Source of the DNA: Negaprion brevirostris
Lineage: Eukaryota
Length of the DNA: 64,000 bases
Reading direction: 5' to 3'
Assembly: GCA_030324005.1 (NCBI GenBank)
Contig: JARDVH010000084.1
Coordinates: 34,120,917-34,184,916 of the forward strand
Below, one piece after another: positions 36,969-51,100 of this stretch. Made by a program: the position numbers and the translations under genes. The notes under the pieces are model-generated. The model searched no databases. It was not told where the DNA came from and was given only the letters and a program-made list of their open reading frames with translations. Each line of letters starts with the position of its first letter. Within the stretch, counting starts at the first letter, position 1.

Positions 36969-37879
36969 AAGGTAAACCTGGAATACTACAAATTAAACAG
37001 AGTAGAACGAGGTGCTAAATTCAAACCAATAGCTGAGCTTTATTAGCAGGAAATTGCACTGATCATTTCACCAAATTTTCTCTCTTTGATAAATTAAGAT
37101 TAACAAGTACTAAGGCTCCCATTTTCTTTTTGTGCGATGCAATGTCCTCTTAGTTAACTGAAGAGCATTGAAAAAGGATTCATTGATTTCCTGATTATGA
37201 TTAGATTTCAAGAAATGCTCCAATGAACTGGTATTGCCATGGGGATACTGTGAGTATACAAATGAGCTCGTGAAGGCTGTCTTATTGCCGACAGCAATTT
37301 GTCTCTTGGGGATGAAAGGAGAAAAGGTTTAAGATTGAAATGAAGAGTCAGAGCCTTTCAAAATAAGTGACAAGGGGCTAACCAAGCTGACCTCCTGCTG
37401 ATAGAAATTGTATCTTCAGTGCTGCCTGTCGTAAAGGAGCCTGAGAAAGTGTGCTGGTTACCTTTCTTAACAGTTCGCTGACCCCGCCACACACATAGAC
37501 ACATGGGTCATTTTTTCACTAATTAGCAATACTTATGTGAATGGAGGGGCTGACATGATTTTTTAGATTTCTTTTCCCCTTTTCACAAGTTTTCAATATT
37601 TTGACTGATCTCAAATGGAACCAATTGCGTCAGTAAATTTAACCAATCTAAGAAGTCACAACTGGAGCCAATTTCCAATTAATTGGTCATGGCTAGAAGC
37701 AGCTCATTTGGCCAACTGAAACCCAGCCAGTCAAAGGGCAATAATCAAGCAGGTCAGCTGAAACTAGCTCAATAACTCAAATGGAACCAGTTCAATTGGA
37801 ACAAATCAGTTGGGCCTGCTGGACCAATTTCCATTTGACAACCAGTATGGATCCACCTTTATTCAATTCTGCAGTAAGT

Positions 37880-38270
37880 GTGGCGGAGAGGCCTTTTCAA
37901 AACCTGTACAAGAGCCATTTGGTTTTCTCAAGCCAACAGCATCGAGGTACTAATCACTCAAAGCCATCTCCACTGAAATACTTCATGGGTGTCCTTAAAT
38001 TATTCCTGAAGAGAGCAAACATCTTCACCACAGTGACCGAACAAAATGGGAGAAATTGCATTTGGTAGGCGTCAAACAATGTCCTGACTTTGTCAGGAAT
38101 ATATAGAAGTGAAGTCAAACCGATGCAGGGTTTTTTTACACTCCAAACAGCTCATCTAATTGACCCACTAGGCACTATCTGTCCCATTTGTGGCAAAGGC
38201 TGCAGATTGTACATGACACCACAGAACTCATCAAACAGCAGTGAAGTGATTCATCCTCGATGGCCAGAAG
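37880..38270 (+). mobile_element. RTE-like LINE 3' remnant
   Basis: LKLFLKRANI..., TICPICGKGCR C-terminal zinc-finger-like motif. Confidence 0.5.
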
Positions 38271-40869
38271 AAAGACTGCTGTTATATAATTTGAAGCTAT
38301 ACAGTATTTTTATAGTTTTTTTTAAACTTTACAAGTTATTTCAGCTAGGAAAACATGTGCATGTATGATACTGTACGGTACGTTGCCTTTTTCTGGGCCA
38401 GAGGTGGCTAAAGGAACCTAACTCAGGTACTCATAGGAATCAGTGTTAGAGCCAACGATTCACTGAAAGTTGTTTCACTGAAAGTCACAATGTTAAGGAA
38501 TGCAACTACAATTTTAAACAAGGACTAAGTAGATTGCTGCTGGCTGGGGCAGTGAATAATAATGTTACAAAGATGGAAGCAGGCACTTTTTGAGATGGTG
38601 AGGATGTGGGAAACAAAGCTCAATTTCAAGCAAAATAGGACACCAAGTTTGTCAACTTGATATCAAGCCCAAGGCATGGTAGGGGTACAAGGTTTATAAC
38701 AGGAGCTGGTCTTTTTAAAGTTTTAACTGGAGAAAAATTGCATCTCAGCCAGGATTGGGTGTCAGACAAGCTTGTTGGCAACAGAAGCAGCAGCAGAGGA
38801 TTGAGAAGATGGAGTAACAATGGGTGTCTTCAGCATATCTAGAGAATCCAAAGGCACATCTTTGAGTAAGAAGTGCACATCCATGAAGGAAGACTTCGGT
38901 CTGAGTGAGACAGCAACCAAGTGAGTACATTTGGGAATTTGGTTCAAAGTGCGAATTCGGTGCATGAGGGAAAGATGTGCTTTAGGTAAAGTTTTTTTTT
39001 TACTATCAACCCAGAACAGAGTACTGACAGTTGGGTATTTAAGGGCGAAGGAAGAAAAAGACGTGTTAATTTGCTTTTTATGCTTTCCAACGTTCTCAGC
39101 CTTGAGGAAGTGGTTTTACTCTGCTGAAGAGGTGGCCAATTATTTGATAAGTATTTGGTAAGTGACTGGTTAATTTTCTTCCCAAGGTTCAAAACAGTTT
39201 AGCAGCTGGTGGGAGGGAAACTAGCTAGAAGCTAAGGAAAAATGTTTTTGGCCAGAACTGGAGGCAGAGGGTGAGAAGCCTTGAGGAGATTTGGTTTTGT
39301 GAGTATTAAGGGCACAATGTGTCACTGGATACAAAGGTGGAGGTTACCCTGAAGCCAGGAGCTGAGGAAGTTGGAAAGTGAACAGGCGTATATTGACGGA
39401 GGGGTCTAGTTCCTCAGCAGAAACACACGAGCAAATCAAATGTTAGAATAGTGACAGACCAGCAGAAAATATGGTCTCTGCAGAAAGCAGCAGTGATAAT
39501 GAAAGATAATTGATCTGAAATATTTCTTCTATTTCTCTCTCTACAGATACTTCTGAACTCACTATTTCCAGCATTTCCTGTTTTTACGGCAGTGAAAATA
39601 TATAAGGTTTAGATGATAGTGGAAAAGCTGGATTTCTTTCCAAGACACGCACAGCATCAAAGCTAAGAAACAAGCTACAGTTAAGTGTTTCATGATCAGT
39701 ATGTGGGTGAAAAGATTGGGTGGGGGGAAGAAGGGATGAGTCATAGGTTACCTTAAAAATTGAAACAACTGAGCAACAGGATGGTCACAGCAGCTACATC
39801 GCACAACATTATCCAATGTGGCATTTAGTGCAAAACTGCAGCATTCTCATCAACCACCTCAACATAAATAGGAAACTCAAATGCAAGCAACTTTATTTTG
39901 GAAAATTTATTGGTACTAGATAATGTTTTTCTCTATAGTCTTCCACTGTGGAATTTTTCACAGGAGGTGCACACTGAATGCAGTCAGCGGTCACAATTTT
40001 AAAGGTTCATGATTTAAACTTTAAAACTTTATCTTTTGTTCCATAGCCTTGCTTTAAAGACAAAATACCTGAACTTGTGAGAAGTATAGATCAGTTATAA
40101 AATGTTTTTGTCCTTTTTTTGGAAGCAGCTTGGAGCTATTTTGTTGTGATGAGATTGAGGGTGTAAGGTTCACTGATATAATCTGCATTAACCACTGAAA
40201 CTGTTTTGTCTTCTCCTGGTGATACATCCATTATTTGGAAATCTTGTTTTGTTTGTCACAATGCTCTTGATATTGTAGTAGGATGAAAATGGACAGGCCC
40301 ATGATACATCTTCCACATGAATGCACAATGAAGGCTGTGAGGCTGCATAGAGACATCATTCTTCTTATAGCATAGATAATAATCATTAGAAGCGTGACAA
40401 GAACATTATCCCAATCACTTATAGGAACCAGCTTTAGATAGAAATTGTCAGAGCATATTTGTTCAAGAAATACTTTCTAATTATTTTTATCTCATTTTAT
40501 ATATTCTAATATATACTTAATATATATGTAATATAATATATATTCTAATATATACAGTGTTGTTCATGAACGCAAAGCATCCTACAGCCAATGTAGTTTT
40601 GAAATGCAATCAGAGAGAATGGCCATTGGAAGAGGTTATTAGAGATTCTCAGTGCAGTGCACTGTCTGTGGAAGCAGGAGAGGAATTCTTTTCCATGGAA
40701 TTTGTCCAAGTTTTAAAAAAAATTATTTTCTGTCTCTTCCATGGCTGTTGGTGGGTGAGAACATTGGGATCACTTCTTAATTACAGCAAAATTGTGTGGG
40801 GCAAGCTTACTAGAGCAGCTGAACTCTACCTGTCATGTTTTTGTCAATTTGAAGGTGAGAGGGAATGGC

Positions 40870-41130
40870 ATTAAGCTCCACTCTAGAGATCTGAATACAA
40901 GGCTGACATCCAATGCAGTAATGAGGGGGCACTGTCTTTCCGATGAGACATTAAACCCAGGTCCCATCTGTCCTCTTGAATGGATGTAAAAGATCCCATG
41001 GCATTACTTTGAAGTATTATCATAAAAACATCATTTAAAAAAAAAAACCTGGTCACAATCTTATTGCTGGTTGTGGGAGTTTACTGAGTGCAAACTTGTT
41101 GCCATATTTCTACCTTACAACACAAAGATA
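40870..41130 (+). mobile_element. DeuSINE (SacSINE1/AmnSINE1-like) remnant
   Basis: Deu-domain-like CTGTCTTTCCGATGAGACATTAAACC...GATGTAAAAGATCCCATGGCA; weaker copies near 8430-8620, 22140-22435 (-) and 58020. Confidence 0.65.
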
Positions 41131-41401
41131 CTGCACTTACAGTCAGATGCTCCACAACTTCTGTAAAAGCAGTAGTTCTTTTTTCTCGAATCTTTGATTT
41201 ACCAAGCAGTAGAACACTACTGGTAGAAGCTTTTACTTTACTCTAGGCCTGACTGCCAGAGAGAGGCAATGTATTTCCATTGTTTATAGATCTTGATAAA
41301 GCTCTAGAAACCATAGCTGTTTTCTGTAGTAGGATAATGATGCCTAGGTCAGCAAGATTAAAAACTGAAGAGGAATGAAACAATTCAAATTTCAATGAAC
41401 A

Positions 41402-41407
41402 TTTATT
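41402..41407 (-). terminator. Candidate PRPF38A polyadenylation signal
   Basis: AATAAA on the minus strand about 710 nt past the stop; an ATTAAA near 41760 is an alternative. Confidence 0.4.
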
Positions 41408-42114
41408 GCTATTTTGAGCACTCACTGCTCAATATATAAAGGTGGCCTTTTGGACAGATTTAATATGCGAGCATATACAAAAGGTTTTGAAAGTTACAAA
41501 ATTTTTCTCACTTTCAAAAAGAAATAGAGTTTTTTTGTTTTCTTAACCTGCATTTTGCCAATGAGGAACAAGTGTATTGCAATTGGTCATCTAGTTTTCA
41601 CAATTGTTAATGTGCTTTTAGTACAGAGTATTTAACAGCCTTAATTTTTCCACAGTATTTGTTCTTGCAACAGTCAGAACTTTGACATTTAACATTTGTA
41701 GATTTAAGAATGGAATACAACATGTCTCGAGTGAACCTTTATAGAACCATTAATCACTTTTAATAACAAAATTTACTGAATATTATACTAAACAATGTAT
41801 TTGCTTCATATTTCACAACCAATACTTCACCTAAAATCATAGTAAATAAAAACTGTAAATTTACTTTAGGAAGCACTCAACCTACTCACAAAAAAATAGC
41901 AGAAATGTCAATCCTCTGACCCCTCCCAAAAGCTGTATAACAGCTTCACCATAGTATTTTCACATATCAAATGGAATTGTTGCAAATAGCATCTTAAAAT
42001 CAGGATAAACAAAAAGTACAAATATTGTCAATATGAGACGGGAATATATCAGTTATATCTACAAATAGATCTTGTGACACACTGGAAATGTGTACTTGTG
42101 GTTGTATATCACCT

Positions 42115-42157
42115 TCATTCATTTCCCCTTCGACTCTTCTTGTGACTCTTCTTTGAT
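42115..42157 (-). CDS. PRPF38A: PRPF38A last coding exon (SKKSHKKSRRGNE*)
   Basis: ttttag| acceptor, TGA at 42117-42115. Confidence 0.94.
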
Positions 42158-45100
42158 CTAAAAATAGTAAAAATTATTAGAAGTAATGCATTCACTCTAA
42201 AGGCCTTAACTAGAAAAAAAACAAAGTTTGAAATGATTAATACCTTTCAGGTGTTTTAGAATGACTTCTATGTCTGTGGCTTCTGTGATGACCTAAATGA
42301 CAGAAACATACATTAAATGGCAAACAAATTCTCGACAGTTCCACCACAAAATAACATCACCAACAGCGCCCCCCTCCTCCCCCCACGTTTCAAAGAGATG
42401 GCAATTAATCTATAATATTACGAAACATCACCAAGGTCATTTCAGAGAGCAGTTAAGAGAAGCACATTAGTGTGGAACTGGACTAAAATACAGTCCACAA
42501 CAGGAAAAGCAGGTTTCTTTCTCATTAAGGACATTACTGAACCATATTTACAGACATCACCAGCTTTGTGCACGCACTTTTACATGAAGCTTTTTAAAAA
42601 CAGAATTCCAATTCTTAAGCTGTCATGGTGACATTTGAACTTAAGCTCTCTGAACACAAGTCTGAACCTTTCACACTTGCTGACCCATGGCAATCGCCAC
42701 ACTATCATATATAAGCTGAGAAACTGTAAACACAATCAGTAGTTGCTGGGCTTATTTAGTGTATATGTGATCATCCTAGACACACAAAGTATATAGGACA
42801 TAATGTACAGCTAATACACATCACAAGCTTAAATTAGAAATTACTTGAAATGTATTTTTAAAGATTTTTGCCAGCCACGCATATGTAATAACTTTCTATT
42901 TAATCAATCAGTGAATCTTAATTCTCAACTTTGTTTCTTAAATTGTGTATAGTTTGAAATTCTGGTTTGAATTTCCTCAATGTAACAATATTCCCTCATT
43001 AACCTTTCGACCATGCAGTATGTATTGGTTTACTTCCCCCTTCAAATTGTCTAATCTTTATTGCTTTCCTCTTCTACCCATTAATTCAAACTCTTCTCCC
43101 ACAGCTCTGATTAACCTCCCAAATTTTTACTATTTATTCTTGGGATATGGGCATCACTGGCTCATTCCTAAGGTGAAAACTGTAAGATGTTGACTTGAAA
43201 ACAAGTAAAATAAATTATACCTGGAGATTTGGATCTTGATCTGTGACGACGATCTCTAGATCGACTGCGATGACGCCTGGGACTTTTGCTGCGATGTCTT
43301 TCACGACGTGGTGATGGGCTTCATTAAAACAAAAACACCAAATAAGAAATAAAAACAATAGATGCAATCACCAGCTATAATGACAGGGAAATAGAAAGTG
43401 TCTTACCTTCTTCTCTTGGGGGACCTGCTTCGTCTGTAAAATACAAGATTAAGAATTTGACAACTTTTGAATACTTCCTTTAGCATGATCTAAAGGAAAA
43501 TGTACCGTTACCATGTTAAGTATAACTGAAATTTTTCCCAAAATTATGATTATTCTTGTGTCTGTATGCTTTAACTCCTAGATCCTAAACACCAATAAGA
43601 GACATCTTAAAAGAAAGATTTACCACAACTCAATAGCATAATTACTTACAGAAAGTGAATAAAAGATGAAAAGAGCTTTAGGTACTGTAAATCATAGAAT
43701 CCCTACAGCGCAGAAAGAACACTGAGTCTGCACCGACTCTCTGAAAGAGATCTGAAATACATAAGGGCCAAGGTATCAGAGCCCTGCCAAATGGCCTGCT
43801 GAATCCACTGGAGGGAGCCTTGCCTTGGTAGGTTTGTAAAATCCTCACCCAGGTCTTGAAATATAGAGTTATAGAGTCGTAGAAGTTTACAGCATGGAAA
43901 CAGGCCCTTTGGCCCAACTTGTCCACGCTGCCCTTTTTTTTATAAAACCCTTAAACTAATCCCAATTGCCTGCATTTGGCCCATATCCCTCCATACCCAC
44001 ATAACTATCTAAACGCTTTTTAAAAGATAAAACTGTATTCGCCTCTACTACTACCTCTGGCAGCTTGTTCCACTCACCACCCTGTGTGTGAAAAAATTGC
44101 CTCTCTGGTGGACACTTTTGTATCTCTCCCCTCTCACCTTAAACCTATACCCTCTAGTTTTAGACTCCCCTACCTTTAGGAAAGGATATTGACTATCTAC
44201 CTTGTCTATGCCTTTCATTATTTTATAGACCTCTAAGACCTCCTACACTCCAGAGAAAAAAGTCCCAGTCTATTCAGCCTCTCCTTATAACTCAATCCAT
44301 CCAGTAGCATCCTAGTAAATCTTTTCTGCACATTTTCCAGTTTAATAATATACCTGAAATGCTAATCTACTTCCCTTTTCTCACATGCTGATTTGATTCA
44401 TTGTGAATTTCCAGCATTTTACATTTCATTTAATTTGTTAAAAAGTTAAGACTGCAGCTGCTTTCTCACCGCCTTGGTGTTTTGCTTCGACTTCTTCTGT
44501 ACCGCGGAGATGGAGATCTTCGAGGCCGATCAAGATCACGGTAGCCTCGTCGTGGAGGCTCTGGTGATGGCACTCTGTCGCCCTAGATGTTAATGACATT
44601 AATGTACAGAAAACTAAGGCAGCAAATTAACATTTATATAATGCATTTTGCTGTCAATCTACTGGATACATACACTGACAATCAAAGTTAACTCCATCCC
44701 TTCAATCAGGTGAATTACATTGCTGAGATAAGTTGTGTTAATTATGCAAATAAAAGTGCTTTTCAAAATAAAATGTAACTAGTTTGAAAAATTACTTTCA
44801 AATAGAAATTTAAGAAACATTTTCTACCCAGCAGAATGGGGATAGGATATCGAAGAGGTGAGGGGCAAAGGGAGGGAAGATTGAAGCTCCTTCAAAAAAA
44901 CTTAATAAATATTGTGAGAAACGCACAAACATGTTTGAGTGTGCTAAAGCTCCAATTTTTAAAAAATCAAATTGGCCCTAGTATTTATTTTCTATAGAAA
45001 ATAAATAATGTAGTTTTTAATATATGGAAGTATTAAGTTAGTTTTGAAGTTCTAAAATATTTAAATGTAACAATTCTATTTTTAGAAGAAACAGAGGTCA

Positions 45101-48100
45101 ACAAAAATTATGCAGTTTAGTAACAATACATTTTTTTTAGGATTGAATGGATCATCTCAGGTTTGCACCTGCACGCTGGGAGAAAGACTAAAGTTTGCTT
45201 AAAAGTAAGTTTATTGTGACAGCCTTGTTTGGGCCAAATAATCTGTTCCTAAAACAGTGTTTTAAAAGTGCATGAAAGTACAATAAACATACCCCTTTTG
45301 AAAACAGTTGAAGTTATTGTCTCAATAAAAGACAAATATCTGATATTTAGAATAAACTCATTAGTTGTGTATAAACCTTATCATCATCATCATCTTCATC
45401 TTCACTAGTGTCGACATCATCCATATCTTCCTCCAATGCACTGACTCGTGTATCCAGCATCTCTGCTTCTTCCAACACATAGCGTTTCTGGATGAACAAA
45501 ATACTATTTTAAAGCTGACTCACTCTCATTTATTACAAATAGTTCAAACATAATGAAAGTTTGCAGCTGCAAAATTCAGAATGTACAATGGATATTTGAA
45601 ATTAATTAAAATTTTATTTCATTTAGCAAAGGGTTACCCTTAGCATACAAAAAGCCCTCAAAGTTTTTTTTAAAGTATCAAGAAACACCTAAATCTAGCC
45701 ATTATTGCACTTACGCAAACCACTTATATTAAATTTCTGCTTGCAGAATCCCAAGTTATGGATCTTTGGAAAATATAACTGTTGTTAACTGTCACTCTGG
45801 ATGGGGTATGTTCCTGCTGCCTGCCCCATACTTTTATATTCCCCCTTCCAAATACCGAAGGCAAGATTCTTAATGGAAAAGGTTCTACTTGTGAACAGAG
45901 CAACGTAGAGTACCTGCCCTAGAGATATTCATTTGAAACTCCAGGAGAAAGCTATTTGATCGGACAAAATAACGAGCAATTTTGCTGTCTGGCTCAGTGC
46001 AGCCTCGTTAGCCCAATCACTGTCTAAATATATCTATGATCTTCAGTTGGTCATAGAATCAGATGATTTCAAAGTTTACTACCATTAGCAATTCACCTGA
46101 GCACGAACCAGTCAATGCCACCCCACAGCAAGATTTGGAGAGGATCCAGGCTTGAGTTGACAAATGACGAGCAACATTCAAAATCACCCAAGTAGTAGGC
46201 AATGACCACTTCCAACAAGTAAAGGCGCAACATCGAGGGCCAAAGGGCCTGTACTGCGCTGTAATGTTCTATTGCCAAATCTACCAATGCTTCAGCTACC
46301 AGGGCTCGTACAAAGAATATATTGGAACTCTTGCATCCTATCTGGATGGAAGAGGCATCCGAAACAGTCAAGAAACTTGATGCCATGCAGAACAAAGCAA
46401 TTATTTGGCTGACTCCTCTGCAATTGATCTCAATATCCACTGCTTCGTACCAATACATGCACTACATCTGCAGCATTAGCCAAATGCACTGTAGCAACTT
46501 ATCAAAGTTACCCTGATAACTCCTGCTAGCCCTGTGATCTTGACCAGAGGAAAATGGCAGCAGTACAACGGGAACACTCAAGGCATTCTTCCAAATCACA
46601 AATCAATCGGAGTTGGTTCCTTGTTGACATGAATTTCCTGATACCAAAATCACCACAAGAACTGCAGATATTAGAGAATGCTCAATGGTTTAATTAGGAA
46701 TGGCTGCTTTGGCCATATTCAAAGAACACTTTTAAAAAAAAGTGGCTGTTTAACTGAGAGATTTCCCAGTTAGGATGTTGGTGGCTGTATTGTTTAAAGT
46801 CATCATGTAGATATACTGCCTGGATACAGACAAAGTCAAATTAAAGAGAAGACAAACACAACTAATTCATCCTGCACATTCTCATTTTCTTAGACGATGT
46901 AATGTGTAGAAATTAGTTTTTCCACTTACATCAAAACCTTGCATTGAACCAGCTCAACTGTGTCAAGCAACTTGCCTGTTCTGAACAGGAAATGATCTCA
47001 GACCTTATCCAAACACAAGCCTTTTCACATTTAAAAGATGCATCCTTCAGAGTGTCGACAAGTTACTCACCTTACAGTAACAGATATAGTCATAATCTAG
47101 CAAATGAACAAAGCAAATCTAGTATGTGGGGTCAATACTGAATTGATTTAACAAAGAGACATGAGTGCAATCGATCCATATATTGAAGATTTGTTTCACT
47201 ATTTTTGAAGATTTTGAGCATTTATGTAGAATTTTTCAGGACACTAAAAATTATTATACACTTTGTGGAGAATATTCCATTACATTCTGACTTGGCCTTG
47301 TAGATGGTAGACAATCTCTGGGGAGACAGGAGTTGAATTACTCATCACATGATTCCTCACCTTTCCTGCTCTGGTAGCCACAATATTTGTATGGCTAGCC
47401 CAGTTCAGTCTCTGGTAAATGATAACCCCAGGATGACAGTGGGAAATTCAGCAATGGAATGTTACGGGATGATGGTCAGATTTTCTCTTGTTGGAGATGG
47501 TCATTGTCTAGCACTTGTGTGGTAAAAATGCTACTTGTCACCCCATGCCTGGATATTGTCCTGGTCTTGTTGTATCTGAACATGGACATGGACTGCTTCA
47601 GTATCTGAACATGGACAGNNNNNNNNNNNNNNNNNNNNNNNNNNNNNNNNNNNNNNNNNNNNNNNNNNNNNNNNNNNNNNNNNNNNNNNNNNNNNNNNNN
47701 NNNNNNNNNNNNNNNNNNNNNNNNNNNNNNNNNAATTTAAAAAAAAACACAGTACACTCACAGTTTACACTCACCAGCCACCAGTACACTGCTCCAGAGA
47801 ACAATGAGCAGTGGAGGGGTTTCACCCCGATGCCCATTGACCCCAGTTTTGCCAGGACTACTTGATGCCATACTCGGTCAAATGCTGCCTTGATATCAAG
47901 GGCAGTCACTCTCACCTCACTGTCAGTAATTATACAAGAAAAGTAAACCATGTTTTACTCCAAGACACAATTTAACAAACAATTCTCTGAACCCCAGATA
48001 TTCTTGTTTGTTTTAAAGTGCTGACTCTTTAGTGCATATGGTTCCATAGGCATCATCAGCCCTTTGTTGTTTTGTCATAGTAGCCATTCTTTATGCATGA

Positions 48101-51100
48101 GCCTACAGTATGGATATTGGCACACGGTTTAATCATGGTGGAATTTGGGGGCAAGGGGACCAAGGAGGGAGGCACCGGCACACTGTAGCTGTGTCAAATC
48201 CCATTCTCACCTAATACTTTTCAATAAAAGAGGGTGGAAAGAAGGTCAGTCTTTTCATTTCCCTCATGTTAAGTACAATTAATTAGAGATAAAGAACAAA
48301 CATTTCTCAATATTATAATTTTGTACCTGAAGTCGGGGCAAGATAATATCACAAACTCGCTCTTCATGGAGTAACTCATCCATAAATTCATCCACATGAA
48401 TAAGTTCAAACTCTGGAGAAGAAGAGAACATGATAATGTGAATCCAAAGTAATACATCAAAACTTGAAGTTTCATCTTGGTTTAGAAATTATTTATATGT
48501 AAATAAGTGAGCACTCATTGATGCCATTTAAGAATTGATTGGCTTGGAAGAAAATTAAGTCTAAAATACCTAGAATTAAAACTAGATCCTGAAGTTTTTG
48601 ACACAATTTCATAACTCTCCATAACTTGCAATATGCAATGTCAAATAAACAAAAAATAATTTTACAGTAGACGGGTTTAATACAAGCAGATCAAGCATGA
48701 TTTAAATCACCGGATTTCTGAACTGGTTTAGTTTACAACCATCAAGGATACAACAATAATTTTCAAGGATTTAACAGTCAAAAATGAAAGTTTGTTACTG
48801 AGGGTGAATACTTGTGAGTGAACTGAGATTCGAAATTGACGTGGTACCAAGCAACTGATAATAAAGCGATATATCACTGCAACCTATTTTTCAATATCAT
48901 TAGCGAACAAATTATATTTGCTCCAAAAGTTTCATGCCACAAGGCACTTAATTCTGGAAAACAATTAGGTCCCACTTTTACTCATAGCTGGAGCAATCTT
49001 TACCTCCATCTCTCTTCTGTCTCTTCACTTTTCGATAATCATTATAGAGTGGTTCCAGGTATTTATAACAATCAATGGCAGAGCCCGTCAGCCGCATGTA
49101 CAACGCACCCAGCAACCTAACATACCTGGGTTAAAAAAAAATTAAAAAGAATTAAAGCTTCAGTTAGGAAATTCTTCATTTGTAAAACACATTGCTTCAT
49201 TGATAATCTAATAATATTTGACACCAGACAACTTCACTGTGCAATAAGAAAGCATGTATGTAACGCGTCATTGATGTCATTGCACAAGGCAACTAATATC
49301 ATTGATTTCTCTCTCCCCAGAACAAGGACAATTACATTTTATTTCCTGCAGTTTCATATTTTTTGTAATAATCTCCATTCACGTTGAAGAACAAATAGCT
49401 TAATGTGCACAGCTTCCTCAAATTGGTGTTCTCCAAGTACATGTTAAGAATGGTAAGTCAACCAAGAACTGCATCACAATTCAGCATGACTTTGTTCTCA
49501 GAGTCCCCATATGCATATTTTCTATCAGGAAACATCAAACAGCAAAATGAACCAGAAAACTGTGGCTAATTATTTATACTTCAGCATATTCATCACTTTG
49601 ACATCCATCTGGAGCATAACTGGATAATGAACATTGGAATTGATAAGTTTAGGAATTATTTGATTATAAATAAATTTCACGTACTTAAAATCTTCATTCT
49701 TTATAAATTCAACAATGATATCCTTTTCGGGTTGAATTTGAAGCATCTTAAGGGTCAGACAAAGGAATGGTGAGGGTTTAATATTCCCACCATAGACGCC
49801 ACCAATGTATTTCAGTTCCATGGCTTTGTCCACAACCAATTCCGCTAAGAAGCAAAGGAAAAATCTCTGTGACAATATTTTCAAAGCATAGGCCAACTTC
49901 TCAGTAACTGAATCAATATGTTATTACACCTAAAAAATAAAGCCTTGTATGGATTGTAATAAGGAAGATGCAAGAGCTAACAATGAAAATGCAACTGACT
50001 GAATAAAGAAAGTTTCTGAACTACAATTTAACACAAGTGCAATTGGGTCATCAATAAATCACTCACCTGATGAAGGGGCAATGTTCCAAAAGCTCATGCT
50101 ACCCTGTTGGACTTTAACCTGGGGTTGTGAGACTACTTATTGTGCCTATCCCAGTCCAACGCGGGCAACTCCACATAATAAATAACCCATATAATTAATA
50201 ACTCTTGAGCCCTCCATCCCCGCAACTACTGCCCCATCTCCCACCTTCCTTTCTTTGCCAGAGTCCTTGAATTTTGTCACCTCTTAGATGTCTACGCACC
50301 TTTCCTAGTATTCTGTTTTTGAATCATTCCTGCCATACTATAAAATGAATCTTGTCAAAGTCACAAATTATATCCTATGCAACTGTGACAAAGGCTAATT
50401 ATCCCTCTTTGTCCATCTCAACTTCACAGTGGTTAGCACTGCTCCCTCAGAGCATCAGGGACCCGCGTTCGATCCCCGGCTTGGGTCACGTGTCTGCATG
50501 AATTTCCTCTGAGTGCTCTGTTTCCTCCCATAGTCCAAAACATAAATTGATTAGGTGCACTGACCACGCTAAAATCTCCCTCAGTGTACCCAAACAGGCA
50601 ACATGGGGATTTTCAGAGTAACTTCATTGCACTGTTAATGTAATCCAACTTGTGACAATAAATAAATAAACTTAAACCTGTCTGCAACCTTTTACATGGT
50701 TAACCACACCAGCCTTCACCACTGACCAGCTGTGTGATACTGCACTTGCTTGGTTCCGTTCTTACTTATTTAATTAAAGCCAAAGAATCATTTGCAATGC
50801 TTTCTTTTCCCATTCATACACTTTTCTCCCTGTCGTCTCTCAGGATCTTTGCCTCCTTCCCTCCNNNNNNNNNNNNNNNNNNNNNNNNNNNNNNNNNNNN
50901 NNNNNNNNNNNNNNNNNNNNNNNNNNNNNNNNNNNNNNNNNNNNNNNNNNNNNNNNNNNNNNNNTCACCTGAAAGCACATCCGTTTCCCTGGGAATGCCA
51001 ATAACAGTAAAATGTCTGACAACACCAGGTTTTAGTCCAACCGATTTATTTGACTTTTTACTGTGTTTACCCCAGTCCAACGCCAGCATACCCACACAAT

